Source: Paraphysomonas bandaiensis (Eukaryota > Protista > Chrysophyceae). From it: 64,000 nt of DNA. Below, piece by piece: positions 1 to 11,500 of this stretch; position 1 is the first letter of the stretch; every line of letters begins with the position of its first letter. Where the stretch lies: assembly GCA_965644295.1 (NCBI GenBank), contig CBFFRP010000292.1:96647-160646 (forward strand), given 5' to 3'. The notes under the pieces were generated by a model. The model made no database searches. It worked only from the letters and a program-made list of their open reading frames with translations, and was not told the origin of the DNA. A program made the position numbers and the translations under genes.

Positions 1-410
1 TTATTCACTGAGAGACTCTTTCACGACACTGTTGAACTCACTAAGCTGGCCAATATCTTCTACTAGGCTGTAACGCTGATGGATGATCATCGACCACATT
101 GGGATAAACCGTATGAGCAAAGGTAGAACGAGAACTGAAGCATTGTTGTGACTATACAGGATTCACAATGTAGAAGTGGATTAAGATTTCGATGTCACCA
201 GCAGCAGATAGTATCCCTGTTTTGTAGTTGTGGGCTCTTTTTTTTATGTTGTTGTATATGGTTGCGTAGCATACAGAGTGGTATACGTACAGCAGTAGAT
301 ACAACATCAGGGGACGATACTGTAACAAACTCATCACAGATTAGTTCACGGAGTAGGTAATTTCCCTCATTGAACGTTAGGGTATATATCAATTGGTAAG
401 TTGAGAAGTG

Positions 411-1371
411 ATGGCAACCAAAATCGACGTTGTGGAGGTAATCAATCTCTACTATTTATTATCGTACTGATTGGAGCTATACACATATAGGTCACACCGA
501 CATTTTTTGCTAATTCCGGTTTATCTGAGTATGACAGTAATGTAACTCCTGTGGGATATAGTATACAGGGCGATACTATGCAAATAGTTACTATTCCTGT
601 TGCACCAGGTGAGAGCATACAGTGCGAGCCAGGAACGATGTGCTATTCGTCCAAAGATATGCAAGCTACAGTGAAATTAGGTGGTCTTGGAAGGTTGATC
701 TCCGGTGAAGGACTTTTTAAAGCAATATACAAAAATAAGGGTGGAGAACAAGGGTTTATTGCATTGACACCAAATACCCCCGCAACTATTATCCCGATTG
801 ACTTGGACGCACTTGGTGGATCTATAAAATGTAAACACGACGCCTTCATGGCTTCTATTAATCCGGATGTGAAAGTAACTATTAGCATTATTAATTCCAA
901 CTCCTGTCTTGCCTGCTGCTGCTCTGGCATGGATGTGTTTATGCAAGACGTGAGGGGGACTGGCATTATGTTCCTTCAGGCCCATGGTACAATCATGGAA
1001 AAGGAGCTCCAGCCCAACGAAGAGATTGTGGTGGATACTAACTGGTGTGTGCGTTATTCAATCTGTTGCTGTGCTATCTGCGATATTGATTATGTTGTTT
1101 TTCAGTGTGGTAGCTGTCGGGAGTAGCGTGACCGTTGATGTGGTAATGACGGGAGGATGCTCAGTAATGTGCTGTTCGGGTGAAGGGTACGTACCGTATG
1201 ACTCATGTTGTACTTCTATTACTTGTGCTGATGAATGTGTTTAGGTGCTTCAATACGACCCTCAGAGGACCAGGGCGGATAATTCTTTCATCCATGCCTA
1301 TCGAGAAGTTACGCGCCCTCTTCCCCCGCCCTGCACCGCGTGGCAAAAAAGATAAGAAACAAGAATCGTAA
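411..1371 (+). CDS. AIM24-family protein (4 exons)
   Basis: ATG at 411; GT-AG introns ~438-490, ~1045-1105, ~1187-1244 join ORFs 551..1126, 984..1244 and 1180..1371. Motifs YSIQGDTMQIV, IQCEPGTM, ISGEGLF, GTGIMFLQAHG, EIVVDT and TTLRGPGRIILSSMP match AIM24. Confidence 0.85.
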
Positions 1372-3356
1372 TAAAGTGAACAGCTCTGCCCTATTCTTTG
1401 TTTTTTGCGCTGTTGAAAGTGATGAATAGGTACGGATGCACTTCAATTTGGATTTTATGTTAGGTACTAAGTATAATTGCCAAGTAGTAGATAGCCGTTC
1501 CAGCTTTGGTCATTAATAATAAAAAATTCGTTTCGGGCATTAATTCTAATGTCAAAAGAATATAATATAGACCATACTGTTCTCTTTAATGTGTCTGCAA
1601 ATATGGGCGGAGTCCTATCCGCTCTCCTGTTTCTTGCAAGAAATTAGACTGAGAAATTGACATGCATAGTAAAGGATTAACCATTTTAAAGTACTAAATA
1701 TTCTTCCATCATTATACATTATACTACATAGTATCATATTCCAATCATCTTCGCTTAAATAATTATTCAATATTTTCTAATTCTCTCCTAGACACCGCTT
1801 TCGATGGCTCTTATACCCAGTGGTTTTGTACAAATATTTGCAGCTTGCTCACTAGCCGTAAAATAATCGTTATGGTTTATTTTTAACAGTTTGAAACCTT
1901 ATGATACACTGATTCATGTAGTAAATCACTAGCACTCTGACTATCCAGAAAAAAAATCGACTTACCGCACTCCTAGCTCGGTTAAAGTCCTCAAAGCTAC
2001 ATAACTTTCTGCATCCCCACATGTATGGATGATATCGACAAAGTGGCTTGAAAAATAGATTCGTCTATCAGTGGTTCTCCCGAAGCAACATAATGTACCG
2101 AGTAGTGGATCGGCAAGGCACTATATCACCAGCCCAATCTTCAGCAGTAAAGATGTGTAAGCCAAACTGTCTCCACAAAACCGTATTTATTTTCAAATAG
2201 ATGAGTCATTTGATTACAAAAAGATGAGTCATTTGATTACAGGTGGCAGAGACGACTCAGCAGCATGCGGAGATAACAACCCAACAGCACACGGGCATCT
2301 CGTGGCGTAGTCGTTGTTTGGTTTAAAATTGCCCTTAACGAATAATTATCTACGCCCTCTTGCGCAGCTATGGGGGCATCTGGGTATACTACAGCAGTAC
2401 CCATGCGGTGATACAACATTGGATATCATCGCGTATATAGATTCTTTCAGACGCAATTCTTAATAAAGTTTTTTAAATTCTATTAACAAGTGTCTTCTCC
2501 GCATACTTTACTTGGTCTAATTGAACGTACTCCTTCTCATGAATCCCTCGAATATCACGAAATGTTCGATTTCTCCCTTATCTGTCCTGCCGAATAGATC
2601 TCTGCAATCATCCACGTATATGGCCAGGTACATACAGTGTTCCCAATACATAACATAATATAAGCAAGTGCGGATGCATATATTACGCTTTTGTTGATAT
2701 CATCTTTGATAGTGTTGGTGACTGATATCATGTTCACCAATATCAGTTTTCCATCAAATATAACGTCTGTTTGTTCCAATAAAGTAGGCTTCTTAACAGT
2801 AGTGGGAGCATCAGTGCACTATCGAACCACAATACCTCTGCTGCAAAAGTGTCATGCGTGGCTATGATAACAATGAGATATTTATTGAAGTGTGTTGACA
2901 ATATCGACAGCACACACAAGGGATTTATGACTTCCGAATTCGTCAAATGGCAGCAACTGAAGGGTAACTTTCAGCATGCGTAAACGTTACCATGGATCGT
3001 AGCACTTCGTAGTGCTTCTTTAAAGCGTATGTTATCCCATTGCAGCATTTTCTCACTTCTCCATCATGAGAATCACCATACCATGCAATGGATGCTGACA
3101 TTCTTCAAGTGCTGTCGTAGCTAGTTATTCTTTTTTTTACTCTTGTGCTATCGAAAAATTCATTGTTTTTAGATAAACACGATATAAACTCCAGAAATAC
3201 AAAGTCTAAGCTAAAAAATAGCCTTTATAGACACACCTAAAAAAAATAGCAGTGTGCAGCTACACCTACAGTACATAGAGTCTAACGACACATGGAACTT
3301 ACTTACTTCTCTCACAACTCATACTGGCAGTAGCTCCATTGTCCCACTGTGATGTA

Positions 3357-4743
3357 ATGGGCGCCGAAGCTTGTAGAAGGAGTAAATTACTGGTTGTTGC
3401 AATCAGTTTAAGCTGCTTGTTATCATGCATATCCTTCACCTTAAACATCGAACAAGAGTTTGGAGGGCCTCTTAAAGTTTTGAAGATTTCTGAAATTCAG
3501 CTTTTCAATCAGGTAACACTCTTATCAGTGATTAATAGCGAGTAACGCTGCCTTAATTCAGGGTTCAGTTCTATTGCCGAATATACTTCATGTGGAGGGA
3601 ATTGGATTCTATGAGCCGAACAGCACTAAACGATGTGTAGACGGTGATATCACCTCTCACTGTGAAGTCATGAGCACCGATGACATACACTTTCCTGCTA
3701 TTCGTATAGACAGCGCTGGTCTTTACTTTGATAAAATTATTGTTCATAGTCACGGCAAATCAACGTTTGGAGCACGATTAACACTGGCTCAGAATGACCT
3801 CGTATTCTGGAGCTACGCTATATCTGAACACACTTCTGTTCACGTGTTTGACATTCAGAATGAGGCCCAACTTAACTTTCCGATTAAGATAGTGGACACT
3901 TTTGCATATAATGGTGAACCGGTGGCAGCGTTTCATGTTGAGCACCTGTTTCCAGTGGTCAATGAGTTCGTTATTGTAGAGTCTCGATATACGCTTAGTG
4001 GGAAGCTTAAAGATGATCTGTACTTTGAAAGGGATTATATTAGAGAGAAGTTTACTCCCTTTATATCCAAGATACGATATGTGACTATCGATGAATTTCC
4101 ACCCCGTCCGAATGACTGGTTTGACCCAGAGGATCACGGTTGGATGAGCCTCCCTTCGCATGATGCGTTCTGGCGAGAGCACTACCAACGAGCGTATGTC
4201 AAGCGCTATTTAAACCAGACGTCTCAGACTATTCTCTTAGTTGTTGACGCGGATGAGGTTCCTAATAAAGATGTAGTGGCGAAGTTTCGGGATGAGACCT
4301 TATATGACATGTTCCACGCCAAGGTGAGACTCGAAATGTATCTCTTTTACTACAACTTCTTGTGGCACAGCCCCAATTTGTGGAAATTGCCATTTGCAGT
4401 TAGCGTGCAAGGATTTTTTAAAGAGAAGGAGATGGTATCCGCACGGACGTCTCTTGGGGGACACATCCAGCTTGTATCACCTGCTGGTTGGCACATGACG
4501 TATTTCCTCTCTGTGAATGATATCGTAAGGAAGCTTCAGTCTTTCGCGCATGTGGAGCTCGACAAACCGGAGAGTATAGATATGAATCACGTACGCGATA
4601 GCATTACCAGAGGTGTGGATTTGTTCGATAGAAAGAATGTAGTGTTCAACCTGGTAGACTTAAATAGTAGTAGAGATCAATTGCCGAACGGCTGGGAGAA
4701 GATACATCGAGAAATTATGTGTCAACAAACCGTTGAATGTTAG
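3357..4743 (+). CDS. Glycosyltransferase family 17 (MGAT3/GnT-III-like), type II membrane protein
   Basis: N-terminal signal anchor (LLVVAISLSCLLSCISF), intron ~3512-3565, then DTFAYNGE, EFVIVESRYTLSG, WREHYQR, VVDADEVP, YYNF, GWHMTYF and IVRKLQSFAHVE, all typical GT17 motifs. Confidence 0.85.
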
Positions 4744-4900
4744 TTATAGGCGCCTTGCCAGCGGTCACTTTGTAGGTTTATAGTTTATACGCTTACAACT
4801 GTATATAATACTTTTTAATAAACATTGTGAATGATAATTATGGAAATATGTCGTGGGGCCACAAGAGGCGGCCACTAGGACAGCTCGCAAAAGTAAGTAG

Positions 4901-5764
4901 TGAATGATATCTTACTATTTAACGCTACGAAGCTGCTTGTGCATCACCGCAAGTGCCAAGGTGCAACCACTATCGCTCTATCACTCGAAGCAAATGCAGT
5001 GAGCAACAAGTAGAATGTTGATATACCTACATTTTCTGACTTCAGGATTGATGAGTCCTCAAGGTGAACAGCCCGGATGCCTGTTTATTCCTCAAGGCCC
5101 AAAGACGTCTACACAAATGACTTTTATACGTGTCCCTGGTCCTTGTACAACACAACACACAACCATTTGGCTATGAGTGGGCAGATTTTTATTTGCTTAC
5201 TATATATGCCGCTCGAGATATATTATTCAACCTAGTCAAATTGGTCGAATTTCCTAGTCATACTATTTTCGGTGTAAAAACCTAGTCAAAGCAATAAATG
5301 ACTCAACCTAGCCAATTGAAATATTAGACCTAGTCATGAATTGTACTCGCATATAGCTACGCATTACAGAAGCATGAGGTCATAGCAGGTGAAGTAGAAC
5401 CAAAGCAATATACATCAGGTCAAAACAAAACTAAAGAGCGGTTTATAGTATACAGCAGCATAGGCAGGACTCCATCGCTCTCTCCAATGCTGAAGTAGGC
5501 TGGTAGACCATTCTTTCTCTCAACACAATCTTCATGTATGTCCTTCAGTTAACTTTGAAAACATCGATGAATCTTGCTCTCTGGGGGTCTATCAGCATCA
5601 CTTATATTTAGCTATGAATTATAAGGCACAAGGGCACAAGTATGACAACAACACGCTACAACCTCTCGCTCATGCCGCTCACGATATTTTCCCAGAGATA
5701 TCTCCGGTACTTATCCCCCAGAACACGCTCACTGCGAAGAGGTGAGAGTCTACCTTTTGAAGGT
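4901..5764 (-). mobile_element. SINE-like dispersed repeat, copy A (interrupted at 5215-5671)
   Basis: Aligns with copy B (gctgcttgtgc..., aaggtgaacagcccggatgc, ggctatgagtgggcag, tccggtacttatccccc). Degenerate TSD cgcaaaagtaagtag (4886-4900) / cacaaaagaaatac (5765-5778). Confidence 0.75.
5215..5671. mobile_element. Non-autonomous MULE-like insertion with CCTAGTCA subterminal repeats
   Basis: Exact 9-bp duplication atgccgctc (5206-5214 / 5672-5680) splits repeat copy A. Ends are GAG...CTC. Five CCTAG(T/C)CA motifs lie in the first 125 bp. Confidence 0.6.
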
Positions 5765-6165
5765 CACAAAAGAAATACTAACAACACATTGAATACTGAA
5801 TTAACTGATCAAGGTTTCATAGGATAATTGTAACTATAGCGGATTGAATTTTATTCATGTAGAATGTAGAGTCTATAACATATTATATATTCATTAGCGA
5901 TAAAATTTCAATACGAATAGATAAGAGAGCCTGTATAGAAGCTCATTTCAAAGATCGAGGCAGTTCTGAGGACTTATAAACATCTGTGATCTGTATTAGC
6001 ATATTAGCTAGCGAAAGGCCTTCTTTTCTGGCAAGTGTACTATACATCATACACATACCGTTCACAATAAGATGAAAAGGCCGACTATTATATATTAAAC
6101 TACATTACCACCATTGACAATGAATTGTAATCGCTCTAAGATTCTAATTGGAAGAGCACAACGTT

Positions 6166-7934
6166 CTACACTTCAAACATACTGTCGCTTCTTCCATCTC
6201 CGACCATCATAACATCCTGCCCCTCTGCCAGTCCACCTCTTTCATCAAAGTAATCTTCTCCAAAGGCTGTTGGCCCTTTACTATATCTAAATGAAACTGT
6301 TAGAGGCAAAATGCGACAGGAAAATAATGGGAAAAACGCACCCTTCGTCGGTTCCCAGTGGGGCATATGCGAAGGCAAGGGTCCACACGTAGAAATTCAT
6401 GATAGCGTAAAAACTCAAAAAAATTACTGCTGAAGTGGCAAGGGGGTAGAAGTAACCCGCAAATAGTCCGGTCATCACAGTCGCAAATACAAACACCGTG
6501 ACAGAGAATAGAAACTTGAAGGGTGGCGAAAGTGCAACAATGCGGGAGAAAGAGAGAACCAGTAAGCTAAAAAGATACACGCAATATACCAGTAGAAAGG
6601 TCACTAGTACAATTTCTCTGTAAACGTAGGACGGTTAGATGTGATAAACGAGAGAAATACAGAATGCATGGCACGTACATGTCCCGGAGTACCCAATCGT
6701 CAGTGCCCTCATATGTAGGGTCTCCCCTCCTCTCTGTGCGCACATAGGCGTAAGTGGACATTAGAATTGTCCATATCAGGGTAACGAGTACAAGTTTAGG
6801 CGTGTAAAACGTGACCGGAGATCGCCTGCCGGAGTCTCTCCCACCGACCCCGGCAGCATCCGTAGATCGCATCTCGTCCAGGACACACAACCAAAATACA
6901 AGTACGATTCCAATGAATGATGCTGTAAAGAATATGTAGAGTATAGCCATACTATCAGCGTGTTTCGTATACAACTACAAAACGCATATCCCACAAACAA
7001 TAAGAAAAACGAAAGTAATAAGAAGACAGGTCACCTGTGCGGCGAAAAATGGATCGTTGAAGAATATGAGTGCTATCAATAGTGTCAGAACCCATGTCTG
7101 TTCGAAGGACCATAGACGATAGGGTACCCCCACAAGCTTTATCAAAAAGCCCTCCTGGGGAAGAAACAACACGACTAGGGTAGTGAGTATGAAGAACCAT
7201 TTCCATCCTAGTTCGAACTTAGAGTACTGTGTATATCACAAATGTGATTAAGCCGTCAGTTGCACAATATCAACAAACCAACCTCTGAATTGACGGTATG
7301 GAGATCCACTCTAACTCTCAATGTGCCTGATTCAGTGAAGTGATCCGCATCAACTCTGAATTTAATGTGCACTGCGGTATAGGTAAGGTCAATGTTCACG
7401 ACGAAGAGGTATATACCGTTGTACTGCTCATAGCGCACTGTGGGCTCTCCAAATATGTAAAACTCATTACACCCAAGAGACCCCGCCTTACACCTTACGG
7501 TTCGAGAAGACATCTTATTATCCACAAGATTCTTTTCAGATGCCTCGGACTTATCGAAAGAACTAATACCCGTGACATTTACCCTGACTTATATTAGGAG
7601 GTAGGATTGCAGTACAGAAGGTAGGTATATACCACGTTTCTAAGGTGCCTACTTCTTCACTCGTAGAATCATCTCGATAAATTTTCGTGGTCAACCAAAA
7701 TAACTGGTTGAGTGGTGTCATGTCCTCAAGAACGCCGTTCCACACTGCCTCCCCATTAGTAACCTCCAACTGGCTGGTTCCATCATTCCTTATTTGCAGC
7801 ACAGCCGGCCCAGTAGCACCAATTATAACACATATCAAGAATGATAATATAAATACTGTCGCAGTATACACAATCCCCCTGTTACCAAACTTTGCATTTT
7901 CTATGCGAACATAGTTGTGAGAGGTATTTTCCAT
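6166..7934 (-). CDS. TMEM181: TMEM181 (Wntless-like) multipass membrane protein, multi-exon
   Basis: Spliced ORFs contain CVIIGATGP, MTPLNQLFWL, WSFEQTWVLTLLIALIFFNDPFF, FYTPKLVLV and NFYVWTLAFAYAP, matching TMEM181 conserved blocks. Confidence 0.8.
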
Positions 7935-8542
7935 GGGTGAGTAACTCTACAAGATCAATACGCAAAGCTATGATGGATCAAATGCTTATATGTCTTTTAC
8001 ACAACTAGATGGATGTAGCCTTCTGTTTCTTTCTTGAGTAATCCAAAGCAAGTATATGATACGCCAAAAATGCAAACCATTAAACAGCACAAGTGTGAGT
8101 TATTCTGCACAGCACACGACTGTGTTAAGGGCCGGGATGGATATATCACGCACTACTAAAAAAACAATATTTGGTGATATTCACGTCCGTTTATCCCGGA
8201 TCTTCGTCCGGTCCCGGATAATTGCACACAACAAATATTCGAATATTTTGATGAAAACCCTGTTCTTTTATGGAACCCACTGTTGACTCCAAAATACTGG
8301 ACTTTTCGCGTGTCTGATATACAGTACATACATCTATGCAGTGAAGTGAAATGAGTGAAGTGGAAGTGAGCTATGGATGCAACAGAGACGCATATGTATG
8401 ATATTAACGGGACATGTGAGACCTATATATCATATGACCCTCATATATGCCCATAGTTAGTTAAAGTAGTGTCGCTGAAGGAGTAGAGAGCGCTTTTATG
8501 TAGTTGCAACCATTTGTGAACGAGACACGTCGACCCCTATAA

Positions 8543-11500
8543 ATGAGCATTAAGGAATTGTCGAGCTCGAATTTGGTTCATTTTGAGGGGTGCAGTGAAC
8601 TAGAAATATTCGAATATGCATTAGAGGCCCATTCAACCACTGGACAGAATACCTCCGTGTTCAGTGACGAATCCCGCAGCATCGAAACGATTTATGAGTC
8701 TGTTGACGATGTACCTTGTCCATTTGGATATTCATGGATGGCTAACTGGAAAATCGATCGTTCATTTTCTGGTGTTGATGAGGAGGGCTGGACTGCAATA
8801 TGTCAAGAGGACGATTTCGTGCGACGAAGGAGGTGGTATAGAGTTATACAACCCAGTATAGGTATTGGAGATATGGAGAAAAGCGGACTAGACTTTGGTG
8901 CAGTGATTTATCCACTGGAGGATACATCGGATACATTGGTATGATATCGAAGTATATGGTGAATATCTTATTTATAGGTGACCGCGCAGGTGCGTCGCCA
9001 ATCCCTTCGAAGAATGTCTGATGCTTCTGCGGCTGCTATTGATGAAGCTTCTCTGGCTGCATCTGGGAGGGGTTCGCTTAACGGAGAGGCGGACAAAACG
9101 GGAACTCTCCTGACTGCAGTGGTTTTTGAGAATCAACGGTGTATGTTGTCAGAGTGGGGTGGCAACAACCTAATGCCGGGTCTAGACTGGCCACCGTGGT
9201 CAGATACCACCGGTTACACTCCTGTTCAGTCATTGCACGAGATAGAGCTGATAGAGGGATATGATTGGCTGGATGATTGGCACGTTGACAAACTGAGGGG
9301 TCGAACAGATTGTGAAGGTTTCTACTATGCCTCGTCCTTTGAGAGTATGGCGCAATTGCTGGAAGTGAAGGCGACGGATACCAGCGGCGATCACGTCACT
9401 GGGAGTGGGGAAGATGAGGATGGTGGGGGGTGCGTAGTGCGCACAAGACGATGGCTACGACACATGGTTCGTATAACTCCTGCATTTAGCAACACTATGC
9501 TAATGCTGTATTTGACAAGTAGGTAATTTCAGATCAACGGGATGCTGTACTATGCTCTCCATTTGAACTCGTAGTGCATGTTTCTCATCTCTTACCTGTT
9601 GATGATGCTGAAAACTGGGAGGAGGATAGACTGCGAGTTAGTCTAGAGGTTGGGGAGGAATTTGTTGGGGTCACTGGACAGCAACAATTGGTGTATGACA
9701 CTGGCCACCGCTTCAGTTGGCAGGATAGTGTGTTTTCCCTTCCTCTGGTCTCGCTCTTCCCTCAGCAAATAAGATTCAAAGTGTACCGAGAGCTTGTTGC
9801 CGTTGGGGGTACAGAGAGTGGGTGCCGCGGTGAACTCATAGCCTGGGCACAGGATGATCTACTGTTGGAAAAAGAAGTTTGGCGGAGGCCAAATCGGTAG
9901 GGTAAGATCAAACAGCACATACATCTGTAATGCGTTTTTGTGAATAGGAAAGGGTCATTCAAGCTACCTATTTCCCCAAGTCACTCCACCCTTGGCTTTT
10001 TATGTGTTGATGTTGAACTTGTCGAGCACAGTGTTCTTTACTTTAGTGGACAGGTTCCTCGGGCCCCGTCTCTGGCTTCTGTAGATGACCCTTTTCCTGC
10101 TATCAGCGGTCCGAATGATCGATATGATGGTAGTACGGCAGCTTTTTTCTGGGACTATATCCGTGGTGGCATGGTTACTGCGTGTCAGAACCCATCTCTT
10201 GGAGGAGGTACTGTCGATATTCACTCCGACCTGCCTCTTTGGCTTGTGCACAACTTATTGGGCCCTCGCGAAACTGCTATAGATTTCCCAACCGAGCATT
10301 TGATGTTTCTCAACAGAGTTGACATACGCGACGTCGTGAATGATGTTTCGAGTATGTTTACTGATGGTAATGCTTCTGTGATGCCGTTAAGCGTGTACCC
10401 TTTTCCATCTCCACTATCATACCGCGGCGTACTTGCCGTAGAGACTACATCACTGGATTGCGTGCCAGACTCAGGAACGGCTGCCGATCTCGCGAAGTCA
10501 GTCTCGAGAGGTTCGCCTGCAAGTAGTAGGACGTCAAGTAAACCAGTGTCGGCTCCGCCCTTCATGAGACAGCTTATGCCTCCATCCAGGAGGATGTATG
10601 AGTGTATTCCCCACCTCGGCGAGAAAGACGATTATTTTTCTGCAGATTCAGTGAAAGCACCTCCACCGTGTCTCTACTACGCTTCTATTGTCACTCATTC
10701 TGGAAAAAACTTTCCGTTTCAGTGGACAGAGGAGGGAGCATATTTGGACTGGATGCGTGTCATGTCGCAGTGTATGAGGGATGGTTCGGTAGACACTTTC
10801 TCTCAGACATTGAGGTCATCTTATTTTTCCAGCGTCAATAGCAGGAGTACACTCAGTGCCCATGTGTTTGAACCAGCGGTTTTTGAGATTATAGCAACCG
10901 AGGGCGTGGTACAAGTTACTCTAGTTGATTCGAGCACCTCATCTAGTGATCACACCGAACAATTCAGGCTTCTCATCTCTGACGTCGACTATCTCACAAC
11001 GGATTCCACATTCGATTTTGCTGCGAGGTATCTACTGGAAATAGATGTGACTGAACTGCATGCTCCAGAATTTCGACCTGGGAGTGATCATCTTGCGGTT
11101 ATAACAGTTGTCACATCTAGTGGTCAAGTTGATCATGCTCAACTCTATTACAGAGACTTACATACGGTAGGCAGACGACAACAGTCGTCTCCTGACGGAA
11201 GTTTACTACCAAAGAAAACTCTAATTCAATTGTATTTTTCTGCTGAGAATGTACTGAAAGGGGATGACGTGCTTGTCTCTCTGCATCTTTGCACTGCATC
11301 TGATGGTGTAAAAACTATTGGGGAGAAACGCGTTTCATTATCAGAACTGCTGTCACAATCTATTGCTCCTCAAAGAGAGGAGGTATCTCGAGATGCGGTG
11401 GAGACCACAGGCTCTTCTACCTCATCTCCTGTTAAGACAGTGTCGCCAACGATTGAACAACAAACAGGTGGGGAAGGTGTGCCGCCGTCGCCAAGCGGAA

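Noticed and set aside
5228-5340. CCTAGTCA array as a CRISPR
   Set aside because: The repeat is only 8 bp, the spacers are conserved in the second copy at 44090, no cas genes are present, and the context is eukaryotic.
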